Part shown: in pieces, positions 1 to 9,459 of the stretch
Layout of the letters: every line of letters begins with the position of its first letter
Numbering within the stretch: position 1 is the stretch's first letter
Assembly (NCBI GenBank): GCA_050950765.1
Contig: JBMNIF010000002.1
Coordinates: forward strand, 864,001-928,000
Reading direction: 5' to 3'
Length of the DNA: 64,000 nucleotides
Source of the DNA: Bdellovibrionota bacterium
Lineage (GTDB): Bacteria; Bdellovibrionota_C; UBA2361; JAAYZI01
Program-made: the position numbers and the translations under genes
The notes under the pieces: generated by a model
What the model was told of the DNA's origin: nothing
Databases searched by the model: none
What the model saw: only the letters and a program-made list of their open reading frames with translations

Positions 1-361
1 GTTGCCGCTTATTATTAAAAAAGATGGACGTAGAGAGCCTTTTGATCGGGATAAGTTGCGAGCAGGGTTGTTACGAGCTTGTGAGAAACGACCTGTAAGT
101 ATTGAGACTATTGAGCAGCAGATCGAGTTGCTTGAAAGAAAATTGCAGGCGATGTTCTTGAAAGAGATTGAGAGTCGGCAATTAGGCGATCTTGTGATGG
201 AGATTTTAAAAACGATAGATAAGATCGCTTACGTGCGTTTTGCCTCTGTGTATAGAGAGTTCTCTGACGTTAGTCAATTTGTTGATACCTTAAAGAGCCT
301 AGATAAACGTAGAAAATCGAGGCAGCGCAGACAAGCGCATGAGAGAAACAAAGAGGATTGA
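1..361 (+). CDS. nrdR: Transcriptional repressor NrdR (5'-truncated by window edge)
   Basis: ATP-cone IIKKDGRREPFDRDKL and C-terminal AYVRFASVYREF; upstream of rib genes. Confidence 0.95.
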   Translation, partial: LPLIIKKDGRREPFDRDKLRAGLLRACEKRPVSIETIEQQIELLERKLQAMFLKEIESRQLGDLVMEILKTIDKIAYVRFASVYREFSDVSQFVDTLKSLDKRRKSRQRRQAHERNKED

Positions 362-368
362 TAAAGAC

Positions 369-1019
369 ATGTTTTCCGGAATCGTGGAAGAGAGGGCGCA
401 GCTGTTAGCTATTAAGCGTGGCGAATCTGGACAGGTCGTTATAAAGAGTGCGCTCGATCATTCTGAAACGAAGATAGGTGATTCAATAGCGATCAACGGA
501 GTTTGTCTGACCCTCGTAAAAAAAGAGGCTGATCGCTTCTATTTTGATATATCGGAAGAAACTATTAGGCGTAGTACCTTTGCGAAATTGAAGAGCCCTG
601 CTTTTGTTAATTTAGAAAGGGCGTTGCAATTAGGGGAACGCTTACACGGACACCTTGTTTATGGTCATGTGGATGATGTTTCAAGGCTTATTAGTAGACG
701 TAGTTGTGGTGAAAGTGTTCGCTTAGAATGGTCTATCCCAGATCAATTAAATTGTTATCTTGTAGAAAAGGGATCTGTCGCTTTAGACGGAGTATCTTTA
801 ACGGTAGCTGAGGTGGGGGATCATTCATTTTCGGTTTATATTATCCCGCATACACTGAACTGCACTACATTGGCAGATGTGCAGGTGGGTTCTGAAGCTA
901 ATTTAGAAGTTGATATGTTAGCGCGTTATGTTAAAGCGAACATGCTGGGATCGAATCTAGATCGTTCAGTTGGGATAACGGAAGATTTTTTAAAAGAGCA
1001 TGGATATCTCAATGATTGA
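369..1019 (+). CDS. ribE: Riboflavin synthase alpha chain
   Basis: N-terminal MFSGIVEE, GDSIAINGVCLT, VNLERAL, GHLVYGHVD; ATG at 369 preferred over ORF start 339. Confidence 0.95.
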   Translation: MFSGIVEERAQLLAIKRGESGQVVIKSALDHSETKIGDSIAINGVCLTLVKKEADRFYFDISEETIRRSTFAKLKSPAFVNLERALQLGERLHGHLVYGHVDDVSRLISRRSCGESVRLEWSIPDQLNCYLVEKGSVALDGVSLTVAEVGDHSFSVYIIPHTLNCTTLADVQVGSEANLEVDMLARYVKANMLGSNLDRSVGITEDFLKEHGYLND

Positions 1020-2238
1020 TCATAAGGACGAAACAGAATTACAACCTCTTTTGTCACCGATTGCAGAGGTGATAGCCGATATCGCAGCGGGTAAGATGAT
1101 AGTCCTCTTGGATGATGTTACGCGCGAAAATGAAGGCGATCTGACTGTGGCTACTGAGCTGGTTACGGCGGAGCATATCGCTTTTATGATGAAACACGGC
1201 AAAGGGCAGATCTGTATCAGCATCCCTTCTGATGTAGCAGAGAAGCTTAATTTACCGTTACAAGTTTTAAATAATGCTTCACAATTTCAGACTCCGTTTG
1301 CGATTAGTGTTGATCACCGTAGTGTGGCGCATAACGGTGTGACAGCGCAAGCGCGTGCGATAACGATGCGAAAATTGATTGATGTAGATAGCACCATTGA
1401 AGATTTTGTTAGTCCAGGTCATGTCTTTCCGTTAATTGTTAATCCAGCGGGGGTCTTGGGACGACATGGACAAACGGAGGGGTCTCACGATCTGGCGGCG
1501 ATAGCTAACTGTTTTCCGTCAGGAGTTATCTGCGAGATATTAAATGAAGATGGCACGGTTGCTAAAGGCGATCAACTAACAAACTATGCAAAAAAACATA
1601 ATCTAAAAGTCACCAGCGTAATCGAGATTGCGAAGTATCGCATGGAACACGAGGTGTTTTTGCGAAACGTTGCTGAGAAAAAAACAGAAACAGATTATGG
1701 TTTGTTTGATGTTTATATCTTTGAGGATGATGTAGATCATAAAGAGCATATAGCGCTTATTTACGGAGATCCAAAAAAGGTGGATGCACCACTTGTGAGA
1801 GTGCATTCTGAATGTTTAACGGGGGATGTTTTTGGAAGTCAACGGTGTGATTGTAGAGCGCAACTTGATCTAGCGATGCAAAAGATAGTTGCAGAAGGCG
1901 CTGGGATTGTCCTTTATATGCGGCAAGAGGGGCGAGGGATCGGGCTTGCTAATAAATTACGTGCTTATCAGTTGCAAGATCAGGGAGCTGATACGGTGGA
2001 TGCGAATATTAAATTAGGCTTTGCTCCAGATCTTAGAAACTTTGCAGCGGCAGCTAAAATGTTACAGTTCTTTGGAATCTCTAAAATCAGATTGATGACA
2101 AATAATCCTGATAAAATTAAAGACCTCTCCACGTTCGGGGTTAATGTAACAGAGCGCGTACCATCGATCGTACCATCCACAACCTATTCAAAACGGTACA
2201 TCGAAACAAAAAAAGAGAAGATGGGGCATATGTTTTAA
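1000..2238 (+). CDS. ribBA: Bifunctional DHBP synthase / GTP cyclohydrolase II
   Basis: RENEGDL and PGHVFPL; RVHSECLTGDVFGSQRCDC and QEGRGIGL. Confidence 0.95.
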   Translation: MDISMIDHKDETELQPLLSPIAEVIADIAAGKMIVLLDDVTRENEGDLTVATELVTAEHIAFMMKHGKGQICISIPSDVAEKLNLPLQVLNNASQFQTPFAISVDHRSVAHNGVTAQARAITMRKLIDVDSTIEDFVSPGHVFPLIVNPAGVLGRHGQTEGSHDLAAIANCFPSGVICEILNEDGTVAKGDQLTNYAKKHNLKVTSVIEIAKYRMEHEVFLRNVAEKKTETDYGLFDVYIFEDDVDHKEHIALIYGDPKKVDAPLVRVHSECLTGDVFGSQRCDCRAQLDLAMQKIVAEGAGIVLYMRQEGRGIGLANKLRAYQLQDQGADTVDANIKLGFAPDLRNFAAAAKMLQFFGISKIRLMTNNPDKIKDLSTFGVNVTERVPSIVPSTTYSKRYIETKKEKMGHMF

Positions 2239-2324
2239 GCGAACTGTTTAGGTCAGGGCTTTAGCGCCACCCGCCAGAGCCATCTCCTCCTTCTTCTTAA
2301 CAGATACATTAAAGCCCAAACCTG

Positions 2325-2873
2325 TCAAGGACGTGGTGTGTTGATCGCGTATACTTCATTAAGAACTTCTTCGCTTTTATTTATATTTTTAATATATGCA
2401 AATATAGAAGTTAAAAAAGTTATTACGTCCATTGCAAACAGTGGGTAAGCCTTAATGTAAAAATCAAAGATAGCCCATTGAGAAAATCCAAGTATGATTG
2501 CGATCCTTATATTTTGAGCAGACTTTACTAAATATGCCAAAATAACGAATGACACTGAAGCGGTAATCGGAAGAATCCCAAGATAGGAGTTTTCGTTAAA
2601 AAGAATTCCTAAGAAAATTATTACGACACATATAGCGGAAGTATTATACTTATTTAACTTTCCTTTTAAGTCTAAAATATGTCTTATTATAAGTACGGCT
2701 GCAGAGGTAAATCCTGAATATCCGCCTAAAACAAGGTAAGCAAGCGCATATAAACTGTCACTAAGTAGCATAATGGCTACCATATTTTTTTTGTTTTTCC
2801 CAAATATCGCAACTATTGAGAAAAATACGGCAAGGGCTGATAAAATTTGTCCTAATATAAATGAGTAATTCAT
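2325..2873 (-). CDS. YgjV-family inner membrane protein
   Basis: Small multi-TM protein with a YgjV-like pattern; visibly AT-rich compared with neighbours. Confidence 0.6.
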   Translation of the reverse strand: MNYSFILGQILSALAVFFSIVAIFGKNKKNMVAIMLLSDSLYALAYLVLGGYSGFTSAAVLIIRHILDLKGKLNKYNTSAICVVIIFLGILFNENSYLGILPITASVSFVILAYLVKSAQNIRIAIILGFSQWAIFDFYIKAYPLFAMDVITFLTSIFAYIKNINKSEEVLNEVYAINTPRP

Positions 2874-2988
2874 AAGTTGAATAGCTATCTTTAATAAGAG
2901 GATGTAATAAATTTTATATACAGCTAGAAATGGTGAGTTAAAAGCTGCGCAAATAATAGGCAGCTTCTAACTCAACTACAAAGATCAC

Positions 2989-4713
2989 TTACCTCCGTCT
3001 CTTAGGGAGCTTGTTAAGGTAATTGCCGATCCTTTTGCGCAATCTAAAATAAGCTTTGTAGTTCTTGCTCCAATCGCTCGGTTTTCTGACGAGGGCATTA
3101 AAACGTTTCTGCCACCAAGCAGGTTTATTTTGTAAGTTATTCATCCAGTGAATATATTCTGCATCAAAGCTACTTTCACGCCAAAGCTTAAGACGAATAC
3201 TGGGGATAGGTTGATGCGTTATAAGCCCATGCTCTCCAGCGCGTCCTGGATAAAATAGGGTGCCGTCACCGTTACCTGTAAAATAATAGACACTATCCCA
3301 AGGATCTACATTGCCATCTTCACGTGGGAAACCCGAATAGGCAAAAACTAAGTTGTAGTAAAAAATAGCGCCAACATTATATTTTGAAGTTATCCACGCT
3401 AAGGAACGGATGTAAGCGCTGTTACGTTCAATCGTCATATCAGGCATACTATCGATGACGAATTGATCATCATACTCTGAGCAGCCGTGATTCATACAAC
3501 TTAAGTACCACCAAACTTCGGCACCTTCGTTTTGTAAATCCGAACAATCTTCCAGTCTGCCACCTATTGATGGATATCCGTTTTCTATATAGTCGGGAGC
3601 TGTAACGAAGATATCGATATCATCTTTTAAATACTTCGTGCAGGGAGCCGTTATCATGGTTTTTACATCGGGAGACCAAGCACGGATCTTTGAAGTGTAT
3701 TGTTTTACCAGTGCGATATCCTTTCTCGCTTGTTCCTCTCCTAACCAAGCGTGAATCGGTTCATCCCATAAAAATACCATCCCCCCTTTCGGATGCGCCA
3801 CCTCTCCCAAAGTGTTCTGCAACGCCTGAAAATAGTTTGCAAAAAGTGGTAGTTCATTCATATTGGTAAAATCGAAAGAGTATTGCGGAACGGGAAGGTC
3901 GTAATAGATTCCCGCAGGAAGGTCTGCAATAACGGTTGTATACAACGATTTATATGGTGTGGGTCTATTAAAGATATCTATAATCTGATAGTTGCCCTTT
4001 TTTGATCTGACAGGGTCTGATAAGAGATAGTGATCTGCTGGTCTCAACGGATAAACATTGTGACGAGCCATCTCATTAAGATATTCTTTAAAAAGTGGCA
4101 CGTTCCACTCCCTAGGTTCATAGCACCATCTACCGTAGTGTCCGGCGCAGATAGAAGCAGGCTTTATCTCACCATACATAGGGAAGGTAGGAGTTTCAGG
4201 CATCTGCATCTTCCAGACTGTTAAATTGATAGGAAGTGAGGTTCTTCCAAAAAGTAATCGTCCTTTATAATTACCCCTCGGAGCTCTTGCAGGGATCTCC
4301 ACCTCGCCCCAGACCCAGAGAGCGGAACCTCTTTTTGCAGCGATCCTTTTTGTTGATGGTATGGGAAGGAGCGGATCGTAGTACGATCCCGCTACTGCAT
4401 TACCAAAAGAGAGGGTATCAGCACTTATCTTTAAAGTTTTTGCTTCGTAAAAACGGACAGGAAATTTAAAAGCTTTCTTTCTAGTGTTGTGCACAAAAGA
4501 AGTAGTTGAAAGGCGCTCTTTTTTTCTACCTGAGACCTTAACTAGAAAGTTTACTGTTTCTCCGCGAGAACCTTGCAGATCAAGTACATTATAAAGTCGA
4601 GGTCCTCTTACGTTGGGAAGTGGCTTTTCCGCCATAGGAGTAACTTTGATTTGAGCAGATGCTGAAGTGACAAGAGAAAAAACCGTTAAAAATGATATTA
4701 AAAAAAGCCGCAT
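2989..4713 (-). CDS. Secreted DUF4091 / GH123-like glycoside hydrolase
   Basis: Signal peptide, WDEP, C-terminal GNGDGTLFYPG...PSIRLKLWRE. Confidence 0.7.
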   Translation of the reverse strand: MRLFLISFLTVFSLVTSASAQIKVTPMAEKPLPNVRGPRLYNVLDLQGSRGETVNFLVKVSGRKKERLSTTSFVHNTRKKAFKFPVRFYEAKTLKISADTLSFGNAVAGSYYDPLLPIPSTKRIAAKRGSALWVWGEVEIPARAPRGNYKGRLLFGRTSLPINLTVWKMQMPETPTFPMYGEIKPASICAGHYGRWCYEPREWNVPLFKEYLNEMARHNVYPLRPADHYLLSDPVRSKKGNYQIIDIFNRPTPYKSLYTTVIADLPAGIYYDLPVPQYSFDFTNMNELPLFANYFQALQNTLGEVAHPKGGMVFLWDEPIHAWLGEEQARKDIALVKQYTSKIRAWSPDVKTMITAPCTKYLKDDIDIFVTAPDYIENGYPSIGGRLEDCSDLQNEGAEVWWYLSCMNHGCSEYDDQFVIDSMPDMTIERNSAYIRSLAWITSKYNVGAIFYYNLVFAYSGFPREDGNVDPWDSVYYFTGNGDGTLFYPGRAGEHGLITHQPIPSIRLKLWRESSFDAEYIHWMNNLQNKPAWWQKRFNALVRKPSDWSKNYKAYFRLRKRIGNYLNKLPKRRR

Positions 4714-5161
4714 AAATATCCCCCCTCATAAAGTTGTGAATGATGCTCTACGAACTTAAATAAGACACAAAACTAGCATTTTAATATTTAAAGACAAAAT
4801 GCCCATCTCTACATACGGCATAATATCCTAAAAAGATTAGAAGGTGCCTCTGAAATAATTATTTTCTTTCATTAACCCTTCAATAAAAGGGGATCTTTTA
4901 AAGAAAAAATAAAGTTTTTCATCTGACGGTATGGTGCTTAGATCTCTCTTAAACAACGTCCCCCCTCTGATGAACGGAACTTTAGGTATGTAATAAATGC
5001 ATAGAAAAGGAACCTGTAATTACCAATATCTCGTAGAGTTATAAGAGATATCGTCTTTATCTCTAAGTAATATGTTGTAAAACAGAGATCTTACTACAAG
5101 ACAGCGTTTGGCGGAAAAATTGCATAAGACCCTTATGGAGTGGGGTATCGGAGGGTTTTAT

Positions 5162-7588
5162 ATGGTGTTTTCTCAGGTTTTCCGGATCTCTTTTATCACT
5201 ATCACTATCGCCTTTTCTCTGCTTTTTGCTTCTAGTGCCGAAGCAGATAGTAAGAGATCAGTGAAAAAAGTTAGGAACGTGGCTGTACGTTCTTTCGCTC
5301 TGATTAATGCTAAGAACGGTAAGACACTTAAGGGTTATGGTAATATTACTAAAAGAGTAACCATACCGTTATCTGTATTAGCAGGAAAAAATCTTGATAT
5401 TAAGGTTAAAACATATCCTGAAAAAGTTGGGAGCGTCAGTTTTTCTTACGATAAGCAGTGCTTTAGAAAGATTAGAAATAAACAACCGTATCGTTTAATG
5501 CAGAGCGATAACGGTAAATATCAGAAATGGAAACCAGTTGTAAAAAATTATAAAATAAAGGCAGTGCCCTACTCTAAAAGAAAGGGGAGAGGTCGGAAGG
5601 GGCGTGCTAAAAATATTAATATTCGTGTAGTGGACGCTGCTTCTCGTAGTGATAATGTTGATCCAAGACCAAGCCCGACGGCGCTACCGACCGTAACACC
5701 ACAAGATGAGCTTCCTTTTGTAGAAAACAACAATGATTTTAATATCTGGGTTAATGAAGGTGGAGATAAGGTTGTAGCAGAAGATCTGCGCTACACAAGA
5801 AACGGATTGGGACGTGTTGTTAATTCAGTTTGGAACGGTCATCAGGTTAATCTTTTTGCAGCGAAAAATGAAACTGTCTCGTTTAACGTTATTGTGGAAG
5901 CTGCTAAACGCTCCTTAAAAGATGTAAGTGTAAAGTTAGATATATTATCTCATCAAAACGGAGCAGAGATTACAGGTAGAGATGATGCGCAGTGTGATGA
6001 TGTTTTTGATTATCGAGGGCGCAATATAGAGGTTTTTGTTGTTAGATATTTAAAGATAAAAGGGCTAAGCCAACTCGGATATCAGAACTATGACGAGCGC
6101 CACATCCCACAGAGATTGCGCCGTCCACACAATGCTGAACGTGGGTACGGAACGTGGAGGGATCGTCCTGATCACGATGCCTCATATCCTGATATCGCAG
6201 TCCCTCAAGAGCTTGAAAGTGAAGTAAGAATTGAGCGAGAGAGTAATCAGAGTTTCTGGGTTGATATCTTTGTTCCTAAAGAAAGTCCGGTAGGGGTATA
6301 TGTAGGTACTATTAAGGTCTTCGAAGGAGACCTCTTAATACATCAAATCCCAGTCTCGCTAGATGTAAAAAACTTTACATTACCTGATACGCCATCAGCT
6401 AAGACCATGCTTTACTTAGGTTACTCTGATATTAGTAAACGGTATATCGGTCAGAGGTGGCCATATGCTCAGGAAAAGGTGAAGAAGCTTTCTCAAATTC
6501 GGGATCGTCATTTTCAGATGGCGCATCGGCATCGGATCTCATTGATTGATAGTAATGAGGGAGGAAGCGTTGATGCCCCTGCTGCCGATTGGTTGCCACG
6601 TCTTAACGGTGAACTTTTTACTGCACAGAACGGTTATGCTGGAACGGGTGAAGGCGTTGGAAACGGAATCTTTTCAATCGGTACTTATGGAGCTTGGAAT
6701 TGGGGAGATGCTTATTCAATGCAGCAACACGCTAATGCGTGGGTTCAGTGGTTTAATTTAAACGCTCCTACCACAGATTACTTCTTATATTTAATAGATG
6801 AAGTTGCTGATTATCCAAAAATAACAGCTTGGGCAGAGACTTTAAATAATAATACCGGTATAGGGAGAGCTTTGAAATCTTTTGCAACAGTTGCCGCCAA
6901 TCAAGCCGTAACGGCTGCGCCTGCTCTAGATATAGCTTGTAGTAATATCGGGATCGGAATCCCAGAAAGTTGGGAGGTGGCAGCCGATTATTATCGAAAT
7001 ACGGTAGGGAAACAGTTTTGCTTTTATAACGGACACCGTCCTCAAAGTGGTTCATTTATGACAGAAGATGATGGTGTTGCGCTGAGACAGTTGGCGTGGG
7101 CACAATTTAAGATGGGCATTGATAGGTGGTTTTATTGGGAATCTACGTATTACAACAACTTTCAAGGAGGTACTGGAGAAACTAATGTTTTTCAACAAGC
7201 ACAAACATTTGGTGGACGTGCTAAGGCTGATCCTATCTTAGGAGAGAACGGCTGGAATTACAGTAACGGTGATGGCGTTCTGTTTTATCCTGGAAGTGAT
7301 ACGGTTTATCCAGAAGAGTCTTATGGAGTATCGGGTCCTTTAGCGAGCTTACGCCTGAAACATTGGAGACGTGGTATCCAAGACGTTGATTACCTAACAT
7401 TGGCAGCAGCAAAAGATCCGCGTGGTGTTAAACGGATCGTGCAGAGAATAATTCCTAAAGTTCTATGGGAGTACGGAGTTAATGATCCTTCAGATCCCAC
7501 TTGGGTATTAAGTGATATCAGTTGGTCTACAGATCCTGATGTCTGGGAAGGTGCTAGACGAGAGTTAGCAGCAATTATCGAAAGATAG
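5162..7588 (+). CDS. Secreted DUF4091 / GH123-like glycoside hydrolase with basic N-terminal domain
   Basis: Signal peptide, LIDE, NGDGVLFYPG...SLRLKHWRRGIQDVDYL; ATG at 5162 (ORF is open from 5108). Confidence 0.7.
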   Translation: MVFSQVFRISFITITIAFSLLFASSAEADSKRSVKKVRNVAVRSFALINAKNGKTLKGYGNITKRVTIPLSVLAGKNLDIKVKTYPEKVGSVSFSYDKQCFRKIRNKQPYRLMQSDNGKYQKWKPVVKNYKIKAVPYSKRKGRGRKGRAKNINIRVVDAASRSDNVDPRPSPTALPTVTPQDELPFVENNNDFNIWVNEGGDKVVAEDLRYTRNGLGRVVNSVWNGHQVNLFAAKNETVSFNVIVEAAKRSLKDVSVKLDILSHQNGAEITGRDDAQCDDVFDYRGRNIEVFVVRYLKIKGLSQLGYQNYDERHIPQRLRRPHNAERGYGTWRDRPDHDASYPDIAVPQELESEVRIERESNQSFWVDIFVPKESPVGVYVGTIKVFEGDLLIHQIPVSLDVKNFTLPDTPSAKTMLYLGYSDISKRYIGQRWPYAQEKVKKLSQIRDRHFQMAHRHRISLIDSNEGGSVDAPAADWLPRLNGELFTAQNGYAGTGEGVGNGIFSIGTYGAWNWGDAYSMQQHANAWVQWFNLNAPTTDYFLYLIDEVADYPKITAWAETLNNNTGIGRALKSFATVAANQAVTAAPALDIACSNIGIGIPESWEVAADYYRNTVGKQFCFYNGHRPQSGSFMTEDDGVALRQLAWAQFKMGIDRWFYWESTYYNNFQGGTGETNVFQQAQTFGGRAKADPILGENGWNYSNGDGVLFYPGSDTVYPEESYGVSGPLASLRLKHWRRGIQDVDYLTLAAAKDPRGVKRIVQRIIPKVLWEYGVNDPSDPTWVLSDISWSTDPDVWEGARRELAAIIER

Positions 7589-7605
7589 ATCTACTTTTAA
7601 TAATA

Positions 7606-7646
7606 TTTAAAGCCGACGCTATTAAAATTATAGTGTCGGCTTTAAA
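7606..7646. terminator. Bidirectional intrinsic terminator
   Basis: TTTAAAGCCGAC...GTCGGCTTTAAA hairpin between convergent genes. Confidence 0.75.
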
Positions 7647-7648
7647 AA

Positions 7649-8401
7649 CTAACGCTCCAGTTGTGCTATTTTTGCCTTCAATTCTGGTCTTTTATCACCG
7701 AGGTCGAGAGCTCGATGATAAGCTATTAAAGCATTTTTGAGATCTTTTGAAAGTTCATAAGCTGTCCCTAAAGTAACATAGGCATCAGCTGAAACCTCCA
7801 TCTGTAAAGCTTTCTTAGCGGCGGCGATAGATTCTTCATTTTTACCGTTAGCTAGTAAAACGGCGCTAAGATTTCTGTAAAGGATGGCACTTTTAGGATC
7901 TTCCTTTATGGCGGATAAGAGCGCTACCTCTGCTTCTTTGGGACGATTCTGCATGATAAAGATCGGTGCCATTTTAGCATGAACGCTCGGATAGTTCGGA
8001 TCAAGCTCAAGTGCTTTTTGATATTCTTTGAGAGCATCTGAAGGTTTTTCTAAAGAGAAATTAACATCACCTAAACGAGCGTGCAGAGCCGCATCGTTTG
8101 GACTCCTTTTGATGTAATCTTCCAAGAGCTTTTTTGCCTCCGCTTCTTTTTTATTCATGGCATAGACGCCAGCTAAATTAAAAACTGCAGTTAAGTTGTA
8201 TGAGTCAGCAGCGATGGCCTGTTTAAAGAGCTGCTCCGCTCTATCGAGTTGTCTGTTACGTGCAGCAGTAGCACCCTGCTCATTAAGTCTAAGAGAGCGT
8301 GATGATACCTTTGTTTTAGTTGTGTTTTGTGCCATCAATTGAGGTGGACAAAAAATCAATACACTGAAGAGTGGGAGTAGGAAGAAACTTTTTTTGTGCA
8401 T
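7649..8401 (-). CDS. Exported TPR-repeat protein
   Basis: Signal peptide plus several TPR motifs (e.g. ALKEYQKALELDP). Confidence 0.85.
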   Translation of the reverse strand: MHKKSFFLLPLFSVLIFCPPQLMAQNTTKTKVSSRSLRLNEQGATAARNRQLDRAEQLFKQAIAADSYNLTAVFNLAGVYAMNKKEAEAKKLLEDYIKRSPNDAALHARLGDVNFSLEKPSDALKEYQKALELDPNYPSVHAKMAPIFIMQNRPKEAEVALLSAIKEDPKSAILYRNLSAVLLANGKNEESIAAAKKALQMEVSADAYVTLGTAYELSKDLKNALIAYHRALDLGDKRPELKAKIAQLER

Positions 8402-8496
8402 GGTTGTTGCCTTTTAAAATAAACGCCTTCTTTTTTTTACAACTCAGGTATCCGTATCTTGTAAATATTTTAAGGTATAGTTTCCGAATGGAGTTT

Positions 8497-9378
8497 TTAC
8501 AGGAACGGATAAAGTTGCTCTAATGTAGCTGCAACCCCTAGCATAACAACAAACAGTGCACAAAGACCAGCACTCTTGAGGGTAAAATGGCGGGGTAAGA
8601 TAGCAGTCTTTGGAGTCTTGTAGAGTTGGTTTATAACAGGAAGTGCTGCTAAAATTGTCAATAAAGTTGCTTGATAATATACGGAAAGGATGTGTAAAGG
8701 GATGAGAATGCCGATAAGAGAAGGGGCGGCTATAATTAGTCCGGCATAGCCTTTTGAAAAGCGTACCAATGAAAGAGGAACCTCTAGCAAGGGCTCTGAG
8801 AGACGTTTTGCTTTGCGGTTATTTTTTTCTGTGTTTGTAAGCTTCTTAAATTGTGTTTCGATATATTGTGCCAGATAAACGGAAGTTGTCATTAGAGCTA
8901 AGGGGATACTACACATAAGTACAATATCAATATTGTAAATCCGTAGTAGTCGAAAACTTACACAACCTGCGATGGTGTCAAAGATGAACACTAAAAAAAG
9001 ATATGGAAGGATCTTTTTTGCAAAACGGAGTTCGGCAGCTTTTAACATCATCATTATTACGATGATATAAAAAGTAATATCTGTTAGGTGCAGGCGTAGT
9101 AGTTGTAACGCCACAATCATCGCTAAAAAACAGCAGATAAGGCGTGCATAAAAAAAACAGGCCTCTTTAGTTGAAGGTTTCTCTCCTGTGGAGTTTTTGT
9201 TTTCAGAAAAAGTTTTGATAATTAAATTAACGGAGATGCTTAACGGAATAAATAAAAGTGCTAAAAGGAAATATGCTTTTAGTAGAGAATGACTTTGAGC
9301 GACTATCTCTTTATGTGACGAAAAAAAGAGCGCCAAAACAAAAGGAAAAAAGCGTAATAGATCTATGACGTATTTCAT
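8497..9378 (-). CDS. Hypothetical multi-pass membrane protein
   Basis: 293-aa ORF with many hydrophobic segments. Confidence 0.7.
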   Translation of the reverse strand: MKYVIDLLRFFPFVLALFFSSHKEIVAQSHSLLKAYFLLALLFIPLSISVNLIIKTFSENKNSTGEKPSTKEACFFYARLICCFLAMIVALQLLRLHLTDITFYIIVIMMMLKAAELRFAKKILPYLFLVFIFDTIAGCVSFRLLRIYNIDIVLMCSIPLALMTTSVYLAQYIETQFKKLTNTEKNNRKAKRLSEPLLEVPLSLVRFSKGYAGLIIAAPSLIGILIPLHILSVYYQATLLTILAALPVINQLYKTPKTAILPRHFTLKSAGLCALFVVMLGVAATLEQLYPFL

Positions 9379-9459
9379 CTGAATTTTTATTTAAAAATTA
9401 AATAATTTTTCTTGTCTAAAAAGGGGATTTTATGTTGCTTTTTGTTAAGCATCAATAAC

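Noticed and set aside
1000..1650. GHTE-to-GQTE change suggesting an inactive RibB domain
   Set aside because: Other motifs (RENEGD, PGH, CEI) are intact, and I recall the GQTE variant in other RibBA proteins
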